A DNA stretch of 64,000 bases from an uncultured Gaiellaceae bacterium (lineage in GTDB: Bacteria; Actinomycetota; Thermoleophilia; Gaiellales; Gaiellaceae): contig CAVUTA010000018.1 of the NCBI GenBank assembly GCA_963744285.1, positions 18,954 through 82,953 of the forward strand, given 5' to 3'. The position numbers and the translations under genes are program-made. The notes under the pieces are model-generated. The model had not been told where the DNA came from, ran no database searches, and was given only the letters and a program-made list of their open reading frames with translations. Below, piece by piece: positions 45,312 to 55,368 of the stretch (position 1 is its first letter; every line of letters starts with the position of its first letter).

Positions 45312-47528
45312 TCAGAGCCCGACGATGTCGTCGGGCCGCACCGGGACGCGCGCGAGCTCGCGGCCGGTCGCGTCACGCAGGGCGGCGACGATCGCCGCGG
45401 TCGAGACCACGGTCGGCGGCTCGCCGACGCCCTTCAGGCCGTACGGCGCGTCCGGCTCGGGATCCTCGATCAGCTCGGAGACGACCGGCGGCATGTCGAG
45501 GAAGGTGGGGATGAGGTAGTCGGTGAAGCTCGCGTTCGTGATCACGCCGTCGCGCGTCTGGATCTCCTCCATCAGCGCGAGGCCGAGGCCCTGCGCGGTT
45601 CCGCCCTCGATCTGCCCTTCGACCGCGGTGCGGCTCAACGCCTTCCCGACGTCCTGCGCTGTGCCGATCCAGACGACGCGCGTGAGGCCGAGCTCGACGT
45701 CGACCTCCGCGACGACACGCATCGCCGCGACGGCGAGCGCGACGTGTGCCTGGCCTTCCGTGATCTGGCCCGTCTCCGGGTCGAGCGGGAACGTGCGCGG
45801 GTGCCGGTAGACGCGCTCGACGTCGACGGCGCCTCCTCCCGCCCGGTCGCGTTCCTCGAGTGCCGCGCGGCACGCGGTCTGCACGGCACCGGCCGCCATC
45901 CAGGTCATCCGCGAGGCCGACGACGAGCCTGCCGATCCGACGTCTGCCGTGGATCCGGACGTGACGGTGACGTCTTCCGTCCCGAGCTCGAGCCGCGCCA
46001 CCTGCAGGATCACCTCGCTCACGCCCTGACCCACCTCGGCGGCCGCGCAGTGCACCTCCGCCGAGCCGTCCTCCGCGAGCACGACGCGTGCGGCACAGAA
46101 GTCGTCGAAGCCTTCCGAGTAGCAGATGTTCTTGAAGCCGACCGCGAAGCCGACGCCGCGGCGCACGCCCTCGCCGCGCGTCGTGTTCCCCGCGCCGCCC
46201 GGGAGCCGGATCGCCTCGCGAGGAAGCTCCTCCGGCTCGGGTGGCGGAAGAGCCGCCGCGCGCCGGATGACCTCGCGCGTCGGCAGCGAGCCCGTCACGA
46301 CCTGCCCGGTCGCAAGCGTGCCTCCCGGCTCGAGCGCGTTCAGGAGCCGCAGCTCGATCGGGTCGATGTCGAGCGCGGCGGCGAGCCTGTCCATCTGCGC
46401 CTCGGCCGCGAAGCAGGTCTGCACCGCGCCGAATCCGCGCATCGCACCGCACGGCGGGTTGTTCGTGTAGACCGCGAGGCCGTCGATCAGGACGTTGTCG
46501 ACCGCGTACGGGCCGACGGCGAACGAGCACGCGTTCGAGATGACCGCGGTCGAGCTCGACGCGTACGCGCCGCCGTCGACGAGGATCCGCATCCGCACCG
46601 CCACGAGGCGGCCCTCGCGCGTCGCCCGGTGCTCCGCCCAGATCCGCGCCGGGTGGCGGTGGATGTGGCCGACGAACGACTCCTCGCGGTTGTAGACGAT
46701 CTTCACGGGACGCCCCGTGCGCAGCGCGAGCATCGCCGCGTGAATCTGCATGGAGAGGTCCTCGCGCCCACCGAAGGCGCCACCGACGCCTGCGAGGTGA
46801 ACCCGCACCTGCTCGGGCTCGAGGTCGAGGCAGGGCGCGACCTGGTCGCGGTCGACGTGGAGCCACTGCGTCGCGACGTGGATGTCGACGCCACCCTCGC
46901 CGTCCGGGATGGCGATGCCGGACTCGGGCCCGAGGAACGCCTGATCCTGCTGGCCGACGTCGTAGACGCCCTCGACGCTGACGTCCCCGTCGGCGTCGGG
47001 ATCGCCGCGCGTGACGACCATCGCGCGCACGACGTTCGGACGCGGGTCGTCGCGGTAGCCGTGCCCCATCGTCGGGCGGTCGGGATGGAGCGGCTCCATC
47101 TCCGTGGCGCGCTCGGGATCGGTGACGGGCTCGAGCGGCTCGTACTCGACTCGCACGGCAGCGGCCGCGCGCCGTGCCTGCTCGGGCTCCTCCGCCGCGA
47201 CGATCGCCACCGCCTCGCCGAAGTAGCGGACGCGATCGATCGCGAGCACGGGCTGATCCGCGAACTCGAGGCCGTACGTCTTCGCGCCGGGAACGTCCTC
47301 GTGCGTGAGAACCGCGTGGACGCCGGGCATCGTGCGCGCCTCGGTCGTGTCGATCGCGATGACGCGAGCGTGCGCGTGCGGGCTGCGCACGGTGTGACCC
47401 CAGAGCATCCCGGCTGCGTGGAGATCGCTCGAGTAGGCGAACTCGCCCGTGACTTTCGGGACGGCGTCGGCGCGGCGCGTGCTCGTCGCCGCGTGCCCGC
47501 GACGAAGCGTGCGAGTCGCGGTGCTCAC
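45312..47528 (-). CDS. Xanthine dehydrogenase family, molybdopterin-binding large subunit
   Basis: Intact (738 aa from GTG 47528). RADAVPKVTGEFAYSSD, GGAFGGREDLS, and the large Mo-co binding domains. Purine-catabolic neighbours favour xanthine dehydrogenase over CO dehydrogenase. Confidence 0.85.
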   Translation of the reverse strand: MSTATRTLRRGHAATSTRRADAVPKVTGEFAYSSDLHAAGMLWGHTVRSPHAHARVIAIDTTEARTMPGVHAVLTHEDVPGAKTYGLEFADQPVLAIDRVRYFGEAVAIVAAEEPEQARRAAAAVRVEYEPLEPVTDPERATEMEPLHPDRPTMGHGYRDDPRPNVVRAMVVTRGDPDADGDVSVEGVYDVGQQDQAFLGPESGIAIPDGEGGVDIHVATQWLHVDRDQVAPCLDLEPEQVRVHLAGVGGAFGGREDLSMQIHAAMLALRTGRPVKIVYNREESFVGHIHRHPARIWAEHRATREGRLVAVRMRILVDGGAYASSSTAVISNACSFAVGPYAVDNVLIDGLAVYTNNPPCGAMRGFGAVQTCFAAEAQMDRLAAALDIDPIELRLLNALEPGGTLATGQVVTGSLPTREVIRRAAALPPPEPEELPREAIRLPGGAGNTTRGEGVRRGVGFAVGFKNICYSEGFDDFCAARVVLAEDGSAEVHCAAAEVGQGVSEVILQVARLELGTEDVTVTSGSTADVGSAGSSSASRMTWMAAGAVQTACRAALEERDRAGGGAVDVERVYRHPRTFPLDPETGQITEGQAHVALAVAAMRVVAEVDVELGLTRVVWIGTAQDVGKALSRTAVEGQIEGGTAQGLGLALMEEIQTRDGVITNASFTDYLIPTFLDMPPVVSELIEDPEPDAPYGLKGVGEPPTVVSTAAIVAALRDATGRELARVPVRPDDIVGL

Positions 47529-47980
47529 CGCTCCGCCGCCAGCTGAACGGCGTCGAGGATCTTCTGGTACCCGGTGCAGCGGCAGAGGTTCCCGGACAGC
47601 GCCTCGCGGATCTCGTCGTCCGTCGGGCTCGGGACTCGCCGCAGGAGATCGGCCGCGGCGACGACGAAGCCGGGCGTGCAGAAGCCGCACTGCACCGCGC
47701 CGGTGTCGGCGAACGCCTCCTGCACCGGGTGGAGGGCAGCCTCGCCGCCGAGACCCTCGACCGTGACGACCTCGTGCCCGTCGGCCTGAACGGCGAGGAC
47801 GAGGCACGAGCACACGAGCTCGCCGTCGAGCAGGACCGAGCACGAGCCGCACTCGCCCTGCTCGCAGGCGTTCTTCGACCCGGGCAGCTCGAGCCGGTCG
47901 CGAAGCGTCGTCAGGAGGCTCTCGCCCGCCCAGACCTCGGCCTCGCGCCGCTCGCCGTTGACGGTCACCTCGATCCTCAT
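47525..47980 (-). CDS. Xanthine dehydrogenase family, [2Fe-2S] small subunit
   Basis: Intact 151 aa. CEQGECGSCSV and CGFCTPG...CRCTGY cluster motifs. GTGA/ATGA overlaps with neighbours. Confidence 0.9.
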   Translation of the reverse strand: MRIEVTVNGERREAEVWAGESLLTTLRDRLELPGSKNACEQGECGSCSVLLDGELVCSCLVLAVQADGHEVVTVEGLGGEAALHPVQEAFADTGAVQCGFCTPGFVVAAADLLRRVPSPTDDEIREALSGNLCRCTGYQKILDAVQLAAER

Positions 47981-48768
47981 GCGAGACACCTGTCGAGCGC
48001 GCGCTGCGTGAGCACGCGCAGCGCGTGACGGCGGTACGCGGCCGTCCCGCGCACGTCGTCGATCGGGCTCGCGGCATCGGCGACGCGCTCGGGGAAAGCC
48101 GCCGCGTCCTCGAGCGGCGCCGTGACGAGCCGCACGACGGGCGAGGACGACCCGAACGAGGCCCGCAGCTCGCCACGCTCGCGATCCGCCACGACGGCGA
48201 GCGAGCAGACCGCGATCACCATGGCGTTGCGCGGCCCGACCTTCATGAACGTCTGCGGCTGGCCGCTCGGCTCGACGAGCACGGAGACGATCAGCTCGTC
48301 CGGCTCGAGGGCGTTCCGCTTCACGCCGACGAGGAACTCCTCGAGAGCGACGCGGCGCACGCCGCGCACGCTCGCGAGCTCGACGTCGGCTCGCTCCACG
48401 ATGAGCGGCGGAAGCGCGTCGCCGGCGGGCGAGGCCGTCCCGAGGTTCCCGCCGATCGTCCCGCGGTTGCGAATCTGCGGCGAGCCGACCGTCCGCGACG
48501 CCTCGGCCAGCGCCGGGAGCGCCTCCGCGAGCTCGCCGCGCATCGCCTCGGCGTAGGTGAGACCGGCGCCGAGCCTGAGCGTCCCGTTCTCGCGCGACCA
48601 CCCGCGGAGCTCGGCCACCTCGTTCAGATTGAGGATGGCCTCGGGTCGCGCGCGATCGAAGTTGAGCGCGACCATGACGTCCGTCCCGCCCTGGATCGGA
48701 AGCGCGTCCGGGTGCTCGGCCTTCAGCGCGAGGGCTTCGTCGAGCGAGCGGGGCGTGAGGACGTCCAC
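47977..48768 (-). CDS. Xanthine dehydrogenase family, FAD-binding medium subunit
   Basis: Intact 263-aa ORF. GGTDVMVALN, IRNRGTIGGNLGTASPAGD, and the CO-dehydrogenase flavoprotein C-terminal domain. Confidence 0.9.
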   Translation of the reverse strand: MDVLTPRSLDEALALKAEHPDALPIQGGTDVMVALNFDRARPEAILNLNEVAELRGWSRENGTLRLGAGLTYAEAMRGELAEALPALAEASRTVGSPQIRNRGTIGGNLGTASPAGDALPPLIVERADVELASVRGVRRVALEEFLVGVKRNALEPDELIVSVLVEPSGQPQTFMKVGPRNAMVIAVCSLAVVADRERGELRASFGSSSPVVRLVTAPLEDAAAFPERVADAASPIDDVRGTAAYRRHALRVLTQRALDRCLA

Positions 48769-48777
48769 GCGATCGTT

Positions 48778-49749
48778 CTACCTTTCCTCGCGCACGTACG
48801 GAACCCCGAGCGCAGCCGGCGCGCCGAGCCTGCGCCTCGACAGGCCGGTCGAGACGAGCACCAGCACGATGATCGTCATCACGTACGGGAGCGCGTAGAG
48901 GAACTCGGGAGTCACGTCCACCTCGCGAGCCTGGAGCGCGAACGGGAGCGCCGACAGCGCCCCGAAGAGGTACGCGCCGACGAGACAGAGGTCGGCCCGC
49001 CAGAACGCGAAGATCACGAGCGCGATCGCGATCCAGCCCGCACCGCCGACGAGCGTGTCGCCGGCTGTCCAGCCGGGCGTGATGGAGAGGCTGTAGCAGG
49101 CCCCGGCGACACCGGAGAACGCGCCTCCGACGACGACGTGGACGTATCGATAGAGGGTGACGTTCACACCCATCGCGTCGGCCGACGCAGGCGCCTCGCC
49201 CACGGCGCGGACGTTGAGACCCCACCGCGTGCGACCGAGGTAGAGGGCGACGAGGAGCGTGAGGACCCACGACGCATACACGAGCGCGGACTGATCGAAG
49301 AGGATCGGGCCCACCACGGGCAGATCCCCGAGCCCGAGCACGTCGAGCTCGCTGAACTGATGGATCGCAGGAAGATCGGCGAGACCCAGCTCCGTTCCGA
49401 CGTACGCGGACAGGCCGAGCCCTCCGGCGAAGATCGTGAGCGCGAGCCCGGAGACGATCTGGTTCGCGCGGAGCGTGATCACCAGGAACGCGTGGATCGC
49501 AGCCAGCGCCCCTCCCGCGAGCGCCGAGACGACGACGGCCAGGAACAGCACCGCGGCCCCGGAGCCGTCGACCCGCTGCGTGACCCAGAAGCCGACCGCG
49601 GCTCCGAAGAGCATCATCCCCTGGACGCCGAGATTGAGGACTCCCGAGCGCTCGGCCAGAAGCTCCCCGAGCGCCGCGTACAGGAGCGGCGTCCCGTAGA
49701 GCACCGCCTGCGCGAGCACGATCACGATCAGGCTGTCGTTGACACTCAT
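48778..49749 (-). CDS. ABC transporter permease (BMP/nucleoside-sugar type, second permease)
   Basis: Intact. MSVNDSLIVIVLAQAVLYGTPLLYAALGELLAERSGVLNLGVQGMMLFGA... is typical of the branched-chain/ribose-type permease fold partnered with BMP-family binding proteins. Confidence 0.85.
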   Translation of the reverse strand: MSVNDSLIVIVLAQAVLYGTPLLYAALGELLAERSGVLNLGVQGMMLFGAAVGFWVTQRVDGSGAAVLFLAVVVSALAGGALAAIHAFLVITLRANQIVSGLALTIFAGGLGLSAYVGTELGLADLPAIHQFSELDVLGLGDLPVVGPILFDQSALVYASWVLTLLVALYLGRTRWGLNVRAVGEAPASADAMGVNVTLYRYVHVVVGGAFSGVAGACYSLSITPGWTAGDTLVGGAGWIAIALVIFAFWRADLCLVGAYLFGALSALPFALQAREVDVTPEFLYALPYVMTIIVLVLVSTGLSRRRLGAPAALGVPYVREER

Positions 49750-50870
49750 GCGGCGCCCTCCGCGATCGGCTTCCCGGCCCGCACTCGCGTGATCCGCACC
49801 CGGTAGCGAAGGAGCAGCTCGCCGCCGAGTGCGCAGAACAGGATGATTCCCTGCATCACGCCCACGAGCCCCGAGGGGAAGTCGGGACCCTGCAGCGTGT
49901 AGCCGGCGTTCTGCAGACCGCCGATGAGCACCGCGACGAGGCAGACCGCGAACGGGTTGTACCGCGCCAGCGCGGCGACGACGATGCCCGTGTAGCCGAA
50001 CGCCGCCGCCTGCAGACCCGTCGGGCTGCCGTCGAGCGTGTGCGTGAAGTCGCCGATCTGGCTCGCGCCGCCGATACCCGCGATCGCTCCGGAGAGCGCC
50101 ATCACGGCGAGGATCTTCCGGCGCGTCCGCATTCCCGCATACCGCGCGGCGCGTGGCGAGTCGGCGATGACGCCGACCTCGAAGCCGAACCGCATCCGCG
50201 TGTAGAGGACCCACAGCACGAGCGCGGTGAGGATCCCGATCAGGAACCCGAGCGGGACGACGACCGACGTGCCGAACGTGGACCAGTTGGACGCCTCCGG
50301 CATCGGCTTCCCCTGCGGGAAGGCACGTGCCTGGAGCGTCGACGTGTCGCGCCAGTACGAGGAGCTGTCGAAGATCAGGTACGTGAGCAGCAGCCCCGCC
50401 ACGTAGTTGAGCATCAGCGAGGTGATGATCTCGTTCGTCCGCGCAAAGGCCCGAAGGACGCCGGGGATGAGCGCCCACAGCGCGCCGAGCACGGCTGCCG
50501 CCGCGCACATGGCGACGACGAAGAGCGGCGTCGACGTGGCATCTCGATCGCCGAGCTGCAGCGCGATCCAGGACGCACCGACCGCGCCGAGGTAGAGCTG
50601 CCCCTCCGCGCCGATGTTGAACAGCTGCATGCGAAAGGCGGCTGCGGCAGCGAGACCGGTGAACAGGATCGGCGTCGCGGAGATCAGCGTCGCCGAGAGC
50701 GCGCCGTTCCCCGTGAAGCCCGCCTCGAGGATCTTCCGATACGTGTCCCCCGGCGAGTGCCCGGTGAGCGCCAGGACGACGCCCATGATCGCGAACGCGA
50801 CGACCAGCGAGCCCACCGGAACGGCGACCGACAGCCACCGCGGCTGGCTGAGGCGACGCTCGAGCTTCAC
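49746..50870 (-). CDS. ABC transporter permease (BMP/nucleoside-sugar type, first permease)
   Basis: Intact from GTG 50870. ...LFTGLAAAAAFRMQLFNIGAEGQLYLGA..., and 8-10 predicted TM helices. ATGA/GTGA coupling to neighbours. Confidence 0.85.
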   Translation of the reverse strand: MKLERRLSQPRWLSVAVPVGSLVVAFAIMGVVLALTGHSPGDTYRKILEAGFTGNGALSATLISATPILFTGLAAAAAFRMQLFNIGAEGQLYLGAVGASWIALQLGDRDATSTPLFVVAMCAAAAVLGALWALIPGVLRAFARTNEIITSLMLNYVAGLLLTYLIFDSSSYWRDTSTLQARAFPQGKPMPEASNWSTFGTSVVVPLGFLIGILTALVLWVLYTRMRFGFEVGVIADSPRAARYAGMRTRRKILAVMALSGAIAGIGGASQIGDFTHTLDGSPTGLQAAAFGYTGIVVAALARYNPFAVCLVAVLIGGLQNAGYTLQGPDFPSGLVGVMQGIILFCALGGELLLRYRVRITRVRAGKPIAEGAA

Positions 50871-52371
50871 GCGCCGGCTCCTCCCGCCATGAGCAGCCCG
50901 ATCTCCTCGATCGACGCGGCGCCGGCATGGAGCTCGCCGACGATCTCGCCCTCGTAGACGACGAGGATCCGGTCGGCGAGCGCGCGGATCTCGTCGAGGT
51001 CCTCGCTCATCAGCAGGATCGCGACGCCCCGCGCAGCGGCGTCGCGAAGGTACGAGTGCACCGTCTCGATCGCGCCGACGTCGAGCCCGCGGGTGGGCTG
51101 AGCGACGACGAGGACCAGCGGGTCGTCGTCGAACTCCCGGCCGAGGATGAGCTTCTGGAGGTTCCCGCCGGAGAGATTGCGCACCGGCGTCTCGGGCCCA
51201 GGGGTCTTCACGTCGTAGCGCCGGACGATCCTGACCGCGACCTCGCGCATGCGTCGGAGCGCGAGGAGCGGCCCATGCGAGAGCGAGCGCCGCCGGTAGG
51301 TCTTCATGACGACGTTGCTCGTGACGCTCAGGCTCGGGGCGAGCCCCGTGCCGAGACGATCCTCGGGAACGTGCGCGACCCGGCGAGGATCGCCTCGCGC
51401 GGATCGCCGCCACGCAAGAGCCGACCGGAGATGCGAACGCTCCCCGCATCGATGTCGCGCATCCCCGAGAGCGCCTCGGCCAGCTCGCGCTGGCCGTTGC
51501 CCGCGACGCCGGCGACTCCGACGATCTCGCCTTCGCGGATCGCGAACGAGACGTCGTTCACGGCAATCTCGCCGCGGTCGCCCGACACCGTCAGCCCGTC
51601 CACCTCGAGCGCCTGCACGTCCGCCAGCCGCCGCGCCTGCTCGAGCGGTGGTGCGAAGTCGACCTCGCGCCCGACCATCAGCGTTGCGAGCGAGCGCAGT
51701 GTGGAAGGAGCGGCGTCGACGGTCGTGACCGTCTTGCCCCCGCGCAGCACGGTCACGCGGTCGGCGACGGCCTTCACCTCGTGGAGCTTGTGCGAGATGA
51801 AGATGACGGTCTTCCCCTCGTCGGCCATGGCACGGAGCGTCTCGAAGAGCCCCTCGGCCTCCTGTGGCGTGAGCACGGCGGTCGGCTCGTCCAGGATCAG
51901 AACCCGGGCGTCGCGATAGAGCGCCTTCAGGATCTCGACACGCTGCTGCTCGCCGATCGAGAGCTGCCAGATCTTGGCCTTCGGGCTCACGGCGAGCCCG
52001 TAGCGCTGACCGAGCTCCTCCACGCGCCGCTCGGTCGCCGACGGGCGCAGAATGGCGCGACCTCCCTCGCTGCGGTGATCGCCGAGCACGACGTTCTCCG
52101 CCACGGAGAACGGCTCGACCAGCCGGAAGTGCTGATGCACCATGCCGATCCCTGCGTCGATGGCGTCGCGCGGGGAGTGGAACCGGACCGGCTCTCCGTA
52201 GAGCTCGATCTCGCCCTCGTCCGGGCGATAGAGGCCGGTCAGGATGTTCGAGAGCGTCGTCTTGCCCGCGCCGTTCTCGCCGAGGAGCGCGTGCACCTCG
52301 CCGGACGCGGCCTCGAAGGTCACGCCGTCGTTCGCGACGACACCGGGGAACCGCTTCGTGATGCCCGCCAT
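50867..52371 (-). pseudogene. ABC transporter ATP-binding protein with two cassettes (sugar/nucleoside type). One frame break near 51340.
   Basis: GENGAGKTTLSNIL...LSIGEQQRVEILKAL...LILDEPTAVLT and ...GVAGVAGNGQRELAEAL..., then the break, then VAHVPEDRL...NLSGGNLQKLILGREF...VVAQPTRGLDVGA. Confidence 0.85.
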
Positions 52372-52453
52372 GCGCACGGCGGGAGCAGGAGAGGCGCCGG
52401 GCGAACCGGCGCCTCTCTCGTCTACCGAGGATGCGGGGACCTGCCCCACGGAG

Positions 52454-53575
52454 CTAGCCCGGAGGCGCGACCGTCGAGACCTTCCCGATCGACACCCTTG
52501 GCGAGCCACTGCATCGAGTAGAGATCCGGGAGGACCTTGAGCGTCTTCCCCGCCGGCACCATCGAGCTTGCCCTTCTGGTCGTACAGCGGCCCTGTGAAG
52601 ACGTTGAACTTGCCCGAGACGATGGCCTTCCGCTTCGCGGCGATGGCCGCCTTCGTCTTCGCCGTGACCTTCGGGCCGTACGGAGCGAGACCGGTGAAGC
52701 CGTCCTTGATCGTGCCGTAGTAGAAGCCCGGACTTCCAGCTTCCGTTGATCGCGGCCTTGACGCGCTTCACGTAGTACGGGCCCCAGTTGTACGTCGCCG
52801 CCGTCAGCCACTGCTTCGGGGCCGACTTGCGGGCGTCCGAGTCGTAGCCGACCCACGGGACGCCCTTCGCCTCGGCGACCACGCCGGCCGCGGGGCTGTC
52901 CACGTTCTGACCGAGCACGTCGACACCCGCTGCGATCAGGTTCTTCGCGGCGGCCGTCTCCTTCGGGGGCGAGAACCACGAGTTCGTCCAGAGCAGCCTC
53001 ACCTTGGCCTTCGGGTTCATCACCTGCGCGCCGAGTGCGAACGCGTTGATGTGCCGCACGACCTCGGGAATCCCGAACGGGACGATGTAGCCGATCTGTC
53101 CGTTCTTGGTCGCGGCGCCTGCGGCCATGCCCGAGAGATAGATCGTGTCCTCGCCCGCGCCGAAGTACTCCGACTGGTTCTTCTTGACCTGCAGGCCGGT
53201 CGCCTGCTCGAACTTGACGTCGGGGTACTTGCTGTAGAGCTGGCCGTTGACGCCGTTCTCGAACATGCCGAACGAGCAGCCGAAGATCATGTCGTAGCCC
53301 TCGCGAACGAGGCCCGCGACGACCTGCGGAACCTGCGCGTTCGAGAAGATGTTCTCCTTGTAGGTCGTCTCGACCTTGTTCCCGAGCGCCTTCTCGATGG
53401 CGAGGCGCCCCCGGTCGTGGGACTGCGACCAGCCGCCGTCGTTGTGCGGCCCCGGATAGATGAACGCCACCTTGAACGGATCCTGCTCGGATCTGGCCGC
53501 GCTGCCGCCCGCGAGCGCGAGCGCGGTTACGGCGAGCGCCAGCACGAGCCCGCCAACAACGAACTTCTTCCTCAT
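52454..53575 (-). pseudogene. BMP-family ABC substrate-binding lipoprotein (purine nucleoside/base-type). 2-3 frame breaks in the last third.
   Basis: MRKKFVVGGLVLALAVTALALAGGSAA (signal peptide), then FKVAFIYPGPHNDGGWSQSHDRG...GYDMIFGCSFG...GYIVPFGIPEVVRHINAFALGAQ...LWTNSWFSP. The C-terminal pieces are in other frames (breaks ~52740, ~52500). Confidence 0.8.
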
Positions 53576-53650
53576 CTGCTCCTCCTGTCCGACCTGCCCG
53601 ACCTGACCCGGCGACTATACGACAGGCCGCAGCGCATTACGCTCCCCTCG

Positions 53651-55368
53651 ATGGATGGGCTGCAACGCCGTCTCGCAGTCGCTCGTGGGGACGAGCCGGC
53701 CGACCTCGTCGTGCGAGGCGGACGCGTCCTGTCGGTCTTCACGCGCGAGTGGCTGGAGGCGGACATCGCAGTCGTCGACGGGGTCGTCGCAGGGATCGGG
53801 AGCGTACGAGGGGCGCGAGTCGCTCGACGCGTCCGGGAGCTACGTCGTCCCCGGGTTCATCGACGCGCACATGCACCTCGAGTCGGTGAAGCTCATGGTG
53901 GACGAGTTCGCGCGACTCGTGCTCCCGCTCGGAACGACCGCCGTCGTCGCCGATCCGCACGAGATCGCGAACGTGCTCGGCGTCGACGGCGTGCACTGGC
54001 TGCTCGACGCGAGCTCGGAGCTCCAGCTGGACGTCTACTTCATGGCGCCGTCGTGCGTGCCCGCGTCGCCGTTCGAGTCTCCGCGGCGAGCGCTGACGCC
54101 GGGCGACCTCGAGTCGCTGATGCGCCGGCGCCGGGTGCTCGGGCTCGCGGAGATGATGAACTTCCCCGGCGTCGTCGCCGGTGCTCCCAGCGAGCTCGAG
54201 AAGCTCGCGCTCGACGGCGCTCGGCACGTCGACGGGCATGCGCCCGGACTCCTCGGGCGCGAGCTCCAGGCATACGCGGCCGCCGGCATCTACTCGGACC
54301 ACGAGGCGCTCACGGTGGAGGAGGGGCGCGAGCGCCTGCGGGCCGGGATGTGGCTGCTCATCCGCGAGGCGTCGATGGCGCGCAACCTGCACGCGCTGCT
54401 GCCTCTGGTGGAGGAGTACGGCCCGTGGCGCATCGCCTTCTGCACGGACGATCGCGATCCCGAGGACATCGCCGACTCGGGCCACGTCAACGGGATGGTC
54501 CGCGAGGCGGTCGCGGCGGGTATCTCGCCCGAGGACGCCGTGCTCATGGCCTCGCATCACCCGGCCCTGTGGCACGGCCTCTCGCGGCACGGCGCGATCG
54601 CGCCCGGGTATGTCGCGGACCTGCTCGTGCTGCCCGACCTCGTCGGCTTCCAGCCGACGACGGTGTTGAAGCGGGGCCAGGCGATCGAGGACGTGCCGCG
54701 CGTCGAGATCCCCGACTGGGTGCGGCAGTCCGTTCGCGTCGCGCCTCTCTCGCCTGGGGACTTCGCAGATCCCGTGGAGCGGGGGACCGGCGCGAGCGAT
54801 CGGCCTGGTCGAGGATCAGGTCGTCACCGAGTCGCTGGAGCGCGAGCCCGTCGTGGAAGGCGGCCAGGCGGTCGCGAGCCCGGAGCACGACCTCGCGAAG
54901 ATCGCCGTCGTCGAGCGTCACCTCGCGACGGGCCGGGTCGGGCTCGGCTTCGTCTCCGGCTCGGGCCTGCAGCGCGGAGCGCTCGCGTCGAGCGTCGCAC
55001 ACGACGCGCACAACCTGGTCGTCGTGGGCATGTCCGATCGGGACATGGCCTTCGCCGTCGAGCGGCTCGTGGAGATCGGAGGCGGGATCGTCGCCGTGGA
55101 CGGACTGCGCGTTCTCGCCGAGTGCCCGCTGCCGGTCGCCGGGCTCCTCTCCGATGCGCCGCTCGCCGACGTCATCGCGCAGAGCCGCGCCTGCAACGAA
55201 GCGGCACACGGCCTCGGCTGGACGGGCGCGACGCCGTTCCTCACGCTCGCCTTCCTCGCGCTCTCCGTGATCCCGCACCTGAAGATCACGGACCGCGGCC
55301 TCGTCGACGTCGACCGCTTCGAGCTCGTCCCGCTCGCGGTGTCTGACACGGTGTCTGACACCGGATGA
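53651..55368 (+). pseudogene. ade: Adenine deaminase. 2 frame breaks (~53805, ~54790).
   Basis: ADLVVRGGRVLSVFTREWLEADIAVVDGVVAGIG, then VVPGFIDAHMHLESVKL...GTTAVVADPHEIANVLG...GLAEMMNFPGV...DGHAPGL...YSDHE...TDDRDPEDI...GHVNGMV, then ...SSVAHDAHNLVVVGMSDRDMAFAVERL...GGGIVAV... Confidence 0.85.
55338..55361. repeat. Tandem duplication of a 12-mer (GGTGTCTGACAC x2). Each copy contains the palindrome GTGTC-T-GACAC.
   Basis: Read directly. It encodes VSDT-VSDT at the adenine deaminase C-terminus and ends 3 nt before the ATG (55365) of the next gene. Confidence 0.8.

Noticed and set aside
44248-45514. Long C-terminal extension of PepD
   Set aside because: Past ...LLEDLLGA the frame runs antisense through the Crp gene with low-complexity sequence. 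A stop is available one frame away at 44245-44247, so a terminal indel is the simpler explanation.
53590-53610. Short direct repeat CCGACCTG x2 in the BMP/adenine-deaminase divergent region as an operator
   Set aside because: It is only 8 nt and GC-rich, so it is expected by chance in this composition. There is no palindromic character.
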